Below are positions 36,451 through 46,716 of a stretch of 56,993 nucleotides of DNA, in pieces. Source of the DNA: a virus (lineage: Duplodnaviria > Caudoviricetes); IMG/VR virus record IMGVR_UViG_3300030389_002895, positions 1 to 56,993 of that record; one strand, given 5' to 3'. The notes beneath the pieces were generated by a model. That model did no database searches. It had not been told where the DNA came from and saw only the letters and a list, made by a program, of their open reading frames with translations. Within the stretch, counting starts at the first letter, position 1; each line of letters begins with the position of its first letter. The translations under genes were made by a program, and so were the position numbers.

Positions 36451-37178
36451 TATTCATAAGCCTTCTCCATCCATTTATTTTCATACTCTAATAATTTATT
36501 ATAATTCATAACAAAACTTTGATACTCATAATTCTTTGTGCATACAGCTATGAGGCCTTGCTCTATCTCTCCGTAGTAAGCTTTGTGTGCTAATGAGTAT
36601 GCTGCGATTTGATAATAGTAATCTTCTATCCATTCTTCTTTTTTCAATCTATTAGATTGTTTAAAATCTATTATTGTAGGCTTATCATCATACAAACCAA
36701 CCACATCTGTCTGACCAGCCCAAGCCATTTTTTTAGGATCAGGATATAATGAAGGACAATAATCTTCATAAATTAAATTAACCTCACTACCCCAAACTTC
36801 TTTGAGTTTATCTAAATTTTCTATTATTGTGTGAGCCATCATCCGTGATTGATTACCTTGTGGAGTTACATTAAAATAAGGTTTGCCTTGACAGTACTTT
36901 TCTAATACCAAGTGCATTTCAGTTCCTCGTCTGGCTGCATCTATCGTGATCCGTGTAGCTTGTTCTTGTCCTACTCTTTGTCTCCAATTACATAAAGCTT
37001 TTCTTTTTTCTTCGCTTTGTGTTGCTGATAGTATAGTTGTTACAGACGGAAACTTTTGTCCATCTACATTGTAGGTTCTAATCTTTTCATCATTTCTTGT
37101 ATAGTCTTTATATTTGTATTTATCTACAATTTTAAAATCGCAAATAGTAAAACCATTTTTACTTCTTTTTATCTGCAT
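36414..37178 (-). CDS. PD-(D/E)xK exonuclease (Cas4/MGME1-like)
   Basis: PSVTTILS, RGT.MH, AG.TD, IIDFKQS and Q.AAY motifs; start corrected. Confidence 0.85.
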   Translation of the reverse strand: MQIKRSKNGFTICDFKIVDKYKYKDYTRNDEKIRTYNVDGQKFPSVTTILSATQSEEKRKALCNWRQRVGQEQATRITIDAARRGTEMHLVLEKYCQGKPYFNVTPQGNQSRMMAHTIIENLDKLKEVWGSEVNLIYEDYCPSLYPDPKKMAWAGQTDVVGLYDDKPTIIDFKQSNRLKKEEWIEDYYYQIAAYSLAHKAYYGEIEQGLIAVCTKNYEYQSFVMNYNKLLEYENKWMEKAYEYYKKLSTSSPKT

Positions 37179-37833
37179 ACAGATTATCGAAGGTTGTTTC
37201 CCAATCCATATAGCTATCATGTTCTTCGGCACTATGTGTATATTGACTAGGTATAAAATCAGGAGGGCCATCACCAGTTACCCACATAGCAGGTGAAGTT
37301 ACACGTACTCTGTTATTAGGTAATGCAACCATACAACCTTTCCAAGGACCATTAGTTAAATGTAATACATGACTTTGTTTGTGTTGTGCTGGATCATCAG
37401 CTATTTCATTACCAGTATAATCCACTGTAAAATGATATTTACCAGTATAAAATTCTCCATCTATTTTACATATCCAAGGACTAGAACTGGTTCTATCAAA
37501 ATGTATTATTGAATGTTCTCTACTTGAACAATCCCATGGTTGAGCTAAATGAGTTGGCATAGGACTTGGCCATTCATCAAGTGGGTCATCAAAGATTAGA
37601 GACGTAATCGGGAGTCGAGCCCACATTGCCCCACCATGAGGATTTTCCAAACGATTATCTTCATCCTCACAACCAGTAAAGATGACTTGAAAGGACAAGC
37701 ATCGGTCTGGAATAGTTGTAACAGCTATAGCCAACGCATGTAAGTAATCATCCTGATACCTTCGATGGTTTACTGTAAACTCTCTTCTCACCCATACTTT
37801 AAAGTACGGAATATTTGATATTAAATTTCCCAT
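37159..37833 (-). CDS. Conserved hypothetical marine-phage protein
   Basis: NIP, GGAMWARLPI, WDC, Y.FTVD, QHKQSH and PNNR motifs. Confidence 0.75.
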   Translation of the reverse strand: MGNLISNIPYFKVWVRREFTVNHRRYQDDYLHALAIAVTTIPDRCLSFQVIFTGCEDEDNRLENPHGGAMWARLPITSLIFDDPLDEWPSPMPTHLAQPWDCSSREHSIIHFDRTSSSPWICKIDGEFYTGKYHFTVDYTGNEIADDPAQHKQSHVLHLTNGPWKGCMVALPNNRVRVTSPAMWVTGDGPPDFIPSQYTHSAEEHDSYMDWETTFDNLYADKKK

Positions 37834-37867
37834 ACCTCACTATATATACAGGAAATATATTTACAAG

Positions 37868-38503
37868 TTATTTCTTTAACTTGGTTGTATATTTTTTACC
37901 TTGGTAAGTAAAAGTTTTCTTACCAGCTTTTCTAGCTTTAGCAAAAGAAGTTTCAAACGCTGACATTTTTTTCTTTTTCTTTCTATTTGATAAAGCAGGA
38001 ATACCCACTGTAGCTGCACCTGTATAAGCTGCACCAGTTAAAAACCCTTGTCCATAACCTGGTTTCTTTTTACGTGTAGCTGTTGGAATAGGTGTCTTTC
38101 TTCGTCTTGCTTCTAACGCTGCGCTAGCTTTTTTTGTAGCTGGTGTTGGAACTTTTCCTGTTGTAAAGTATTTAGCTGCTCTTTCTAAATCTTTTTTCAT
38201 AATCGGATCAGACATTTTAAATCCTGGTCTTACTTTTCCTAAAGCTTTTTTAAGTGCTACCATAGTAAGACCTCCAAGAGAAGCTTTCATCATTCTAGCT
38301 CCACCCTTAGAGTATCCTTTTGCCATCTTACCACCTCTGGCTCTCATCATACGAGCTCCGCCTTTCGAGTAGCCTTTTGCCATCTTGCCACCCATAGCTT
38401 TCATCATTCGTGCTCCGCCTTTAGAATAACCTTTAGCCATTTTACCACCTCTGGCTCTCATCATTCTAGCACCACCTTTACTATAACCTTTTGTTTTTCT
38501 CAT
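37868..38503 (-). CDS. Highly basic repeat protein (KGYSKGGARMMxAxGGKMA repeats)
   Basis: About four 19-aa repeats; C-terminal F...F..AR.AG..TF...GK.YTT motif. Confidence 0.8.
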   Translation of the reverse strand: MRKTKGYSKGGARMMRARGGKMAKGYSKGGARMMKAMGGKMAKGYSKGGARMMRARGGKMAKGYSKGGARMMKASLGGLTMVALKKALGKVRPGFKMSDPIMKKDLERAAKYFTTGKVPTPATKKASAALEARRRKTPIPTATRKKKPGYGQGFLTGAAYTGAATVGIPALSNRKKKKKMSAFETSFAKARKAGKKTFTYQGKKYTTKLKK

Positions 38504-38535
38504 AAGAAACTCCTGTTGTTAACATTATTATTATA

Positions 38536-39195
38536 CTATTTTTCTTCATCATCGACAATCCAGTTATTCAATTGTTTTTTGTACTCTAAATATAACTCTG
38601 TATCTGCAAACTCTCTACCTTCATTCATACATATCATAAAATACTTAGGGTTATATACTAAACAGGTATCATCATCGTATTCTAAATTATGTGCATATAC
38701 TTTGTTAGTAACTGATACAAAAAATTTAAATGTGACACCAATAGCTACACCTATAAAAGCAATAGTGACTACAGTAATAAGCCCATACTTAATATATTCT
38801 GCTATCTCTTGTTGTTTTTTTAATTTTGCAGCTCTTGCTTCTTTCATAGCTTGCTTCTTTGCATCAATACGTTTTTTTCTTTCTTGTAAAATAAACTCCC
38901 AGGTACCAGGTCCAAAACGTAAGTTAATTAAATTCTTCATTTCATTTAATTGTTCTCTAGCTAATCTAGCATCTATAACTTCTTGGGCCACGTTGTTTAT
39001 TGCGAAATGGTCGACATTTTTTGAATCCCGAGCCTTTATTACTTGTTGCTCACCCATCATAGCTTTGTCTATGTGACCAACTAATTCACCAATATCATTA
39101 CACGTTTGTATTTGCTGTTTAACAAAGTCAACACTTTGTCTTACTAATTTAATTCCTGAAAGTACAGCTGCTCCAGCAGTAACTGGATCAACCAT
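38536..39195 (-). CDS. Membrane-anchored coiled-coil protein
   Basis: MVDP.T start, RFG..TW..I..ER..RI, C-terminal TM helix. Confidence 0.7.
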   Translation of the reverse strand: MVDPVTAGAAVLSGIKLVRQSVDFVKQQIQTCNDIGELVGHIDKAMMGEQQVIKARDSKNVDHFAINNVAQEVIDARLAREQLNEMKNLINLRFGPGTWEFILQERKKRIDAKKQAMKEARAAKLKKQQEIAEYIKYGLITVVTIAFIGVAIGVTFKFFVSVTNKVYAHNLEYDDDTCLVYNPKYFMICMNEGREFADTELYLEYKKQLNNWIVDDEEK

Positions 39196-39418
39196 TGTTC
39201 TTCTCAATAAACCTATCTAGTTTTGCTTCTAGTCTACGAAGTTGTTCTAGAATTTGAGAAGTCTGTGACTTTGCATCGTCACGAGGCAGGTACTCTTCCC
39301 TGGTTTTATTGAGTAGTATTTGTAATCTTTTTACTTCTGAAAACATTTTGCTAAACGCCCAACCAAAAGCAGACGCAATTATTGTAAGCAAAATATTCCA
39401 AAACATCATTTCATCCAT
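39188..39418 (-). CDS. Small membrane protein (possible lysis accessory)
   Basis: N-terminal TM, LLNKTREEY, coiled-coil. Confidence 0.65.
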   Translation of the reverse strand: MDEMMFWNILLTIIASAFGWAFSKMFSEVKRLQILLNKTREEYLPRDDAKSQTSQILEQLRRLEAKLDRFIEKNNG

Positions 39419-42400
39419 CAGCTTGCTCTAGTTTGTTTTGTTTGAGCTATGGCTTGTCCTGTTGCATCTTGAGGAAATAAAAAACTATAATTTTTTGCAA
39501 GTTGTACACTTGGAGTCGCAGATGTAGGTGTTGCTGGTGCTTTTGGTGTTTCTGCAACCATAGTTTCTGCAGGTGCTTCTGGTGTTTCTTCTGGCACCTG
39601 TTGTAGTTCATTATTATCTTGTGTTTTTTGTTGTTTAGCTTTTGCAGCACCCTCTAACATTTTTAAATATGCAGCTCTTTCTTCAGGTGGTAACTCTTTA
39701 AACGCTATGTACTCAGGATAATATTTTCTTATTACACTCTCTGGCAATTGTGCAATACTAACTTTAGGATTAGGAATGTTACTTGTGTCAGGTATTCTAT
39801 CTAAGTAATTATTTATATCTTCAATACTTATATTGTCCGCAGTATACACAGGATCATTTTGAGGACTAACTAAATAATTCATAATATTAGCAACATTTCT
39901 TGCCCTATTAGGTCCCATAAATTTACCTAAAGGTTGTGTAGGATCAATTAGTCCAAATATATTACTTGTGTCTTCGTTTCTAAATATACCAAATTTTCTT
40001 GGTTGTGCATCTAATATTGCTTTTCTCTCTTGCTCTGTTGTTAAACCTAAAAGTTCTTTTGTTACTTTTGGATTTGCTAATGCTTTACCATAACCTCTCA
40101 TACCAAGAGTTATTGCTATGGAAGTTCCTAGTCCACCTAAATATCCTGTTCCTGTAAAATAACCTGAAGCTATACCAGCTCCTGCAATACTACCTCCTAT
40201 TGCTAATCTTCTGAGTAAAAAATTAGAAGGATCTGTTACACCTACAGCTATACTCTGCTCTAATAATTGTAAGTACTTACCAATATTTTCTGCATGTTCT
40301 TTGCCATATAATTCTGTTGCCATTTGTATGCCCTCTTCAGATCCAAAACCAAGAGCATTTTTGAACTTATCTATGTTAAAAGTGCTTAAATCTAAATTAG
40401 AAAAATTAAACTCCATTTCACTATTGCCTAATATTCTACCTATTTCATCAGCATCCTCTTTTGCTATTTTGCCGCTTTGTATGTAGTCGAATAGTTGTTT
40501 GTCTACTGCAAAATTAGCTACATCATCAAACTTTTCTGCGTATAAGTCAGCATATTTTTCTTTCAATAAATCTTTTACAGCTAATTCTTTGCCAGCTAAA
40601 TTTTCATTTAATACTCTTGAGTTAACTCCAAAAGATTCTATAAAAGCATCGTACACATTTCTTGCTGCTACTTTTTCCATAAATAACTTAGCGTATTCTC
40701 CCTTAGCACCTTTTTCACCCACACCTAATAATTTTTTAAATTGTCTTAAGGCTTGAGCATTAGGTTGATTTTTACCTGTGCCTGTAGTTGGGTTTCCTCT
40801 AATAGCTACTTTTATCATTCTATCAAAAACATCTTGCGGGTTTACATCAGAATTAGCAGTAAATAATTTAGCACCTAAGACTTGATCTTTTTCAAACTGT
40901 TTTGCCATATTATTATCAAAAGGATTCATTGTAAAATGAAATACTGCATTTGCTTTTTTAGCAGATTTTGCAAATGTTTGTAATTTTTTTGTAGCCATTT
41001 TAATATTATCTTCTTGTGTAGCTTGACCTTGTTTATTTACAAAGTTTAAAAAATCACCCTGTTGTAATAATTCCGGTGTTATATTTAAATTTTCAAAAGA
41101 AGCTAAATCATCATCAAGTGCTTTTCTTATGTTAATACCTTGTTGTGCTAAATTGACATTTTTTGTATTTGCTGTCATGTCTGTGACTATCTTTTTAAAA
41201 AAAGCATGATCTTGTAAACTCATAAAAGGTTGGTTTTCAAATATTTCTAAAGACATTAATGAGTATTGTTCTAAAGCTTGCTTTTCTGCTTTCGTTAGTT
41301 TTTCAGGACTTAAATCGCCTTTTAAATATGCTTGATATAAATTATTAGTTTGTCCTCTAAGCTCATCTTTCATTTCAGCCAATACTCTTTTAACATTAGT
41401 GGTTGGAATTACTTGAGGATTTTCTAAAGCAATAGCTTCATTTAACAAAGTTCTATGATTATCTCTAAGCAAAGCTATATTATCTTTGTAATTTTGTCCT
41501 ATTTTAGCAGCTGCTTCTGCTCCTAAAGGAGCCTGACCATATATAAAAGCAGCAGTTGTACTAGGTTGTAGAGTATCACCAGGCATAGAAAAAGTTTTTT
41601 TATTACCTGCTGTAGCCCCTGCTGGAAATAAAAATTCTCTATAGTTTTTTAATAATCCTTCTCTTCCAGGTCTACCTATAAAAGGTATAACTGCAAACAC
41701 TTTAAAAAAATTCTTAGCTAAAAATCCTGCACCAGAACCTGTTGATGCTTGTGAAGGTGTAATTGGTATACCCATTTTAAACGCTAATTCTGCTGTCTCT
41801 ACAGCACCATCACTATTTAAACCAAACAATGTTTTTTTACCTGCCTTGTAACCTCTTGCCATAACATTACCTGCAGCTGAACCAGCGATACCAAATACTA
41901 AAGAATTAGTCATAGCATTCATAGCATGTGTTGTCATTCTACCAGCAAAACTCATTTGATTTATTTCATCTTCGGTAGCATCTCCTAAATCTAAAGTAGC
42001 ATTAGTAGCGATCTGTTTTTGTAATGTTAAAATATCATAAGTAGCTGAACCAGCACCTGCTCCAAGAGATCCTGCTGCAAGACTGGCTATCTCGGTTCGT
42101 GCTACTGGTCTTAATAAACTTCTAGTAGCATCACCTGTTCTTATTGCAGCTGCTTCAGCTCTTGTTATTTGACCTACACCTTGTGCAGCTTTTTCTAAAG
42201 TACCTATAGTTCTAGCAAACAATCTTCCAGCTCTTGTTGCACCACCTATAATAGGTAGTCTTTCTAAGACATTTGCTAAACCTGTTATACTTTTATTCAT
42301 TCTGTCTAATTTAAAATTTTGTTTGCCTGAGGGTTTAGTAAACTTTTGTAAGTTTCCTTCATTATCTGTAACACCTGCAGTTATGTCTTTTGTAATCTCA

Positions 42401-42729
42401 TCTGCATTCATAAGATAAGGTGCAAAAGATCCAACTACATCACCAACTAATTCAAAAGATTCTCTCTCTGACATAACTGTTCCGAATGGAGTGGCTATAC
42501 CACCTAAACGATCAGCTTCCATTCTTTCTTCTAACAAACCCTCTGATGCTATTCTAGTTTCACCAGCAATTTGACCTATACCACCTGCAGGACCTTTAAG
42601 TGCTCCTCTTCTTATAAGTTCATTCAAAGCGTTTTGTTGTGCTTCTGTCATAGGTCTACCAGGACCATTGAAGTTTCTTATATCTAAGGTGTTGTTATCT
42701 AATTGTGTTTGTAATTCGTTTACATTCAT
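39418..42729 (-). CDS. Large internal virion (ejection) protein
   Basis: 1103 aa, helical, Gly/Ala hydrophobic patches; last of the ejection operon. Confidence 0.7.
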   Translation of the reverse strand: MNVNELQTQLDNNTLDIRNFNGPGRPMTEAQQNALNELIRRGALKGPAGGIGQIAGETRIASEGLLEERMEADRLGGIATPFGTVMSERESFELVGDVVGSFAPYLMNADEITKDITAGVTDNEGNLQKFTKPSGKQNFKLDRMNKSITGLANVLERLPIIGGATRAGRLFARTIGTLEKAAQGVGQITRAEAAAIRTGDATRSLLRPVARTEIASLAAGSLGAGAGSATYDILTLQKQIATNATLDLGDATEDEINQMSFAGRMTTHAMNAMTNSLVFGIAGSAAGNVMARGYKAGKKTLFGLNSDGAVETAELAFKMGIPITPSQASTGSGAGFLAKNFFKVFAVIPFIGRPGREGLLKNYREFLFPAGATAGNKKTFSMPGDTLQPSTTAAFIYGQAPLGAEAAAKIGQNYKDNIALLRDNHRTLLNEAIALENPQVIPTTNVKRVLAEMKDELRGQTNNLYQAYLKGDLSPEKLTKAEKQALEQYSLMSLEIFENQPFMSLQDHAFFKKIVTDMTANTKNVNLAQQGINIRKALDDDLASFENLNITPELLQQGDFLNFVNKQGQATQEDNIKMATKKLQTFAKSAKKANAVFHFTMNPFDNNMAKQFEKDQVLGAKLFTANSDVNPQDVFDRMIKVAIRGNPTTGTGKNQPNAQALRQFKKLLGVGEKGAKGEYAKLFMEKVAARNVYDAFIESFGVNSRVLNENLAGKELAVKDLLKEKYADLYAEKFDDVANFAVDKQLFDYIQSGKIAKEDADEIGRILGNSEMEFNFSNLDLSTFNIDKFKNALGFGSEEGIQMATELYGKEHAENIGKYLQLLEQSIAVGVTDPSNFLLRRLAIGGSIAGAGIASGYFTGTGYLGGLGTSIAITLGMRGYGKALANPKVTKELLGLTTEQERKAILDAQPRKFGIFRNEDTSNIFGLIDPTQPLGKFMGPNRARNVANIMNYLVSPQNDPVYTADNISIEDINNYLDRIPDTSNIPNPKVSIAQLPESVIRKYYPEYIAFKELPPEERAAYLKMLEGAAKAKQQKTQDNNELQQVPEETPEAPAETMVAETPKAPATPTSATPSVQLAKNYSFLFPQDATGQAIAQTKQTRAS

Positions 42730-45476
42730 TAGTTTTGTCCAGGTCTAGGAAAAGCTCTAGTGCCACCTAAATCAATATTTAAAACTCCAAATAGACTATC
42801 TGTGTCTGTATTTTCAAAAGTTGATTGAGTGTTAGGAATATCTTGTCCAGTGCGTTTCATCCATCTTCTTACATAATCTAAATGAGTAAGATTTTTAACT
42901 AAACTCATATCTCCTGCTTGTGCATTAAATTGTGTTGCTAATTGATTAGCTCTTGCATTCAAAGTCTGTTTCAAAGCTGTATAGTTTGCTCTAACTGTTT
43001 TACCTGCTTTTAAGAATTCAAAAATAGCTGTGGTTTGTGCAGCATTGTTAACGTCTGCAACTGTCAATCTATCTTCACCCTTATCAGCATTAGCCACAAT
43101 ATATTTCATACGATTTTGTATCAAACGTAATTCAGCTAATTGTCTTATTTTTTTATTTCTCAAACCTAAATCTTTAGTAGCAAGTACTTCTTTTCTAGCA
43201 TCACCTTTTATTAAATTAGATACTTGACCTTTATCCATAGCTGCTATAATTTCTTCATAATCATTCACAGCTTCTTCTTGATCTTTATTATATTGAGCTA
43301 ATAATCTGTTTCTTTCTCTAGTTACTTTATCCTTGTTTATAACTGCATCTTTATCCATACCTTCGTAGCCAGCGTTATTAATTAACATTTCTTGAATTTT
43401 AGCATCTACCATCGTATTGTTTTTAAGACTAGATATATCACCAGCATAAGCAGGACTACCATTATTTAATATTCCTGTCATACTACCCCACTCATCCATA
43501 AGATCAGTAAAGTTAGTAAAGAATCCTTCAATAGCACCACCAGTACCTAAAAACTTAGTATCTGCTGCTATAACTCGGTCAGCAAATTCAATTCCTAAGT
43601 TTAAAGCACTTAATTGACTCATAACTTTAGATGTTCTTTCAGGAGACAAAGGTTCTATAGCAGTACCACCCTCAGTTAAAGGCACCATTTTTTCACCAAC
43701 TCCTGGTTCACCAGTTTGTATTATTTCATATCTTTTACCATCTTTTCCTATGGCTATTTCTTTTCTTCTTTTACCTTCAAAGCCATTAGGATCATTTACC
43801 ATAATAAACTGTCTATTTTTATCATACGACATTTGTTTATTAGCTGCGTCTTTTCTAGCGTTTATTCTGTCTTGAAGATCGGCTATTGCTATTAAGTTGT
43901 TAAAATATTGTTGTCTGCTATTTACTTCTTCGTTAGCTATGTCAGTTTGTAAAGCTACATCATTTTGTAAAGCTGTTAGTTCTCCAGCATCAAGATACTT
44001 TTGTAAATCTTGTTCATACTGCAAGAAAGAAGCTCCGATAGCTTGTCTTTCAGCTCTTTGCTGTGCTTGTATAGCTGCTACATCATCTGCATATACTAAA
44101 CCAGCTTGACCCGCAATATCTAAGAACCCCATAAGTCCAGCTTCATTAGTTCTACCTGTCATCATAGCCATAGCCCATTTAAACATTGCTAAGTTCTTTT
44201 CTTCTGCAAAATCACCACCACCTAAAATATCTTTATATTTTTCTTGATATTGTTCAAAGGTCATCATTTTATCTCTTTTACCTTGTAAGTGTTCTTCATA
44301 TCTTTTCATTGCTGCCTTAACACCTTCAAAGTCTTTTTTCATAAATTCAGCTCTTACTGTAATACCTCCAATGTCAATACTTGCTGGTGGTAGAATAGCT
44401 GGATTGTTTTTATCTCCTGTAGGATTACCAGGATTTTTTAACAAATCAGTTGCAGTTTTATCTGCATCATTTACAGCAGCTTCTGGGTTTTTATTAATAT
44501 CAATCTCTGTTGTGCCTGGTGGTTTTTCTGTAGTCAATGCACTATCTGGATCTTCTACAGCTCCATCAATAGCTTGTTTATCAGTGACAGGAGGTTCACC
44601 TCCATCTCCTGGAGGTTGAGCTGCCTCTCCTGGAGTAATAGGCTCTTCTTGTTTTTCTTGTGCTGCTGCAGCTCTGTCTGTGGCTCTAGCTGTTTCCATC
44701 ATAGAATTTATTTCTTCTTCGTTATAAGGTTTGCCAATCTGTCTTTTTTGCTCAATATCTCTTAAAACTTCTTTTACTTTTGGACCTTCAACTTCTTGTA
44801 TTAAATTATTGAATTGGTTTGCATCATCTTCTAAACCTAAAGTTAGTTCAGGTGTCTTTGGCACTTCAAGTTTTGGTTTAGGTCCAAACATATCATAAAC
44901 TGTTGCTGTACCTCCTAATCCAAGACCTGCATATACTGCTCTATCAAAAGGTCTTTCTATTTTTCTGTCTAATTTTGTTACATCTAAACTTTCTTTTCCA
45001 CCTTTTCTGGTTGCATCTTTATCTAAACCTAATCTTTGAAATGATCTTCTAGTTGCTCTTCCTAAAGGAACAAGTCCAGCTAAACCAGCTAAGCCAAAAG
45101 CAGCATTTGCTGCTGTAAAATCTTCACCTTCTTGAAACAAAGGAGCAAATTGATAGCCAGTTCCAACAACGTCAGCACCTAATGCAACTGGAGTTGCAAT
45201 ATCTCTAGCCTTTCCAAGTACTGTTCTTTTTTCAAATTTGCGTGTTTTAGGTTGTCTTAATAGATTTTTACCTAATATTTTTGTTTGTCGTAATCCCTCA
45301 GCACCTGTTTGTTTTGCACCTTGAAATGTTCTATCAACAGTCTCTCCTGCTTGAGATAATTTTTCTTTTGCAGTAGGAGCTTTTTTTTCGTAATACTTTT
45401 TACCTTTCTTTGCGTATCTTTTAAGACCTAATTTACCTGCTTCAAATAAACCTTTTCCAAAAGTGTAAATACTCAT
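42729..45476 (-). CDS. Internal virion (ejection) protein
   Basis: 915 aa helical ORF, TAATG-coupled. Confidence 0.7.
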   Translation of the reverse strand: MSIYTFGKGLFEAGKLGLKRYAKKGKKYYEKKAPTAKEKLSQAGETVDRTFQGAKQTGAEGLRQTKILGKNLLRQPKTRKFEKRTVLGKARDIATPVALGADVVGTGYQFAPLFQEGEDFTAANAAFGLAGLAGLVPLGRATRRSFQRLGLDKDATRKGGKESLDVTKLDRKIERPFDRAVYAGLGLGGTATVYDMFGPKPKLEVPKTPELTLGLEDDANQFNNLIQEVEGPKVKEVLRDIEQKRQIGKPYNEEEINSMMETARATDRAAAAQEKQEEPITPGEAAQPPGDGGEPPVTDKQAIDGAVEDPDSALTTEKPPGTTEIDINKNPEAAVNDADKTATDLLKNPGNPTGDKNNPAILPPASIDIGGITVRAEFMKKDFEGVKAAMKRYEEHLQGKRDKMMTFEQYQEKYKDILGGGDFAEEKNLAMFKWAMAMMTGRTNEAGLMGFLDIAGQAGLVYADDVAAIQAQQRAERQAIGASFLQYEQDLQKYLDAGELTALQNDVALQTDIANEEVNSRQQYFNNLIAIADLQDRINARKDAANKQMSYDKNRQFIMVNDPNGFEGKRRKEIAIGKDGKRYEIIQTGEPGVGEKMVPLTEGGTAIEPLSPERTSKVMSQLSALNLGIEFADRVIAADTKFLGTGGAIEGFFTNFTDLMDEWGSMTGILNNGSPAYAGDISSLKNNTMVDAKIQEMLINNAGYEGMDKDAVINKDKVTRERNRLLAQYNKDQEEAVNDYEEIIAAMDKGQVSNLIKGDARKEVLATKDLGLRNKKIRQLAELRLIQNRMKYIVANADKGEDRLTVADVNNAAQTTAIFEFLKAGKTVRANYTALKQTLNARANQLATQFNAQAGDMSLVKNLTHLDYVRRWMKRTGQDIPNTQSTFENTDTDSLFGVLNIDLGGTRAFPRPGQN

Positions 45477-46381
45477 TAACCAAAACCTCCTACGCTAGTT
45501 CCTTTACCTCCAGGACCTACCATTTGATATGCACTATATGCTCCAACACCAGCACCTATAGCTTGTGCAAATGGATTAGTACCAGGACCCGTGGTTCTAG
45601 TTACTTGAGATGCAGCAGTTGGTAATGTTGTCATTATACCTTTTGCAAATTCTAATCTTTGGAATGGCTCATATTGTCTTGCAACCTCGGTAGCTCTTGC
45701 AGCTGCAAGTCCTCTATCAGCTAAAGCTCTTTGTGTAGCACCAGCTTGACCTAATTGAGCAATATCTCTTTGTTGCATCGCTTGTTGTTGGGCACCAAAA
45801 CCTTTTAATTGACCTGCTACACTTAATGCAGCATCGGTTTGAAATTGTTGTTGTTTTTGTGCAGCACCTAACGCTGACTTAAAACCAGATTCTTGTAATT
45901 GACCTATGACACCTAATCTTCTAGCTTCTTCTTCTGCTCTTTGCACTCCCTCTCTACCACCTCCAAAAGCACCAGCTTGCACCGCTTGTGCAGCCATTTG
46001 GTTTTGTTTTATTTTAGATTGTCTATTAACTTCATCAATAACATATCGTTGGTAAGGATTCATAAAAGCATCTATATCTGGCTGTTGAGCTGCTGTTAAA
46101 CTGCCACTTAAGACTGACGCTATACCAGCAGCAGTGGTTTGTTGACCTGTTCCTGTTTGTCCTGCCATTTTAAAAGCTTCTTGTTCTAAAGGTGCAGGAC
46201 CAGCTACCTGATATTCAGGAACCTCAATAGGTTGTGATGCTAATTTTATTGCTTCATCATATAAAGCAAGTTTTCTTCCCTCTATTGCAGGAGCTTCTCT
46301 TGTAATATTAGTTTGTGTGCCAGTTTGTGGGCCGCCACCGCCGCCACCGCCGCCACCGCCGCCGCCAAAAATGAAACTCAT
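45476..46381 (-). CDS. Internal virion / DNA pilot-like protein
   Basis: Gln/Ala-rich; FMNPYQ..VID and AGAFGG.R motifs; N-terminal poly-Gly. Confidence 0.75.
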   Translation of the reverse strand: MSFIFGGGGGGGGGGGGPQTGTQTNITREAPAIEGRKLALYDEAIKLASQPIEVPEYQVAGPAPLEQEAFKMAGQTGTGQQTTAAGIASVLSGSLTAAQQPDIDAFMNPYQRYVIDEVNRQSKIKQNQMAAQAVQAGAFGGGREGVQRAEEEARRLGVIGQLQESGFKSALGAAQKQQQFQTDAALSVAGQLKGFGAQQQAMQQRDIAQLGQAGATQRALADRGLAAARATEVARQYEPFQRLEFAKGIMTTLPTAASQVTRTTGPGTNPFAQAIGAGVGAYSAYQMVGPGGKGTSVGGFG

Positions 46382-46716
46382 ACTATTTTCCTTCTAAGTA
46401 ATACTGCTTGTTTTTTGTAATCAGGTAAAACTTTTTCCCAACCACATCTTCCTAAAATGTCAACATGACTAAACCACATGCTTTTAGCATATTCATAAAT
46501 TTCTTTTTCTATTTCAACCAAATCTTCCAAATCACCACCAGCTAAACCAATACGAAGAGTATTGTTAATTTTATTTGTTACAGCTGCACTTTTATTTTTT
46601 ATCCACAATTTAAATTCACCAGTTGCTAATCTATCCTCTATATCTTGTCTAGTAGCAAAATCTCCTATCTCAGCAGCAGGCTTTAAAACAGCCCATATTT
46701 CATCAGACATAACCAT
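46378..46716 (-). CDS. Putative GNAT-fold protein (P22 gp14/T7 gp13-like position)
   Basis: LAGG.L and I.GR.GW.KVL motifs; before ejection genes. Confidence 0.5.
   Translation of the reverse strand: MVMSDEIWAVLKPAAEIGDFATRQDIEDRLATGEFKLWIKNKSAAVTNKINNTLRIGLAGGDLEDLVEIEKEIYEYAKSMWFSHVDILGRCGWEKVLPDYKKQAVLLRRKIV

Noticed and set aside
36414-37178. Cas4 as part of a CRISPR system
   Set aside because: Stand-alone phage exonuclease in the replication module; no other cas genes
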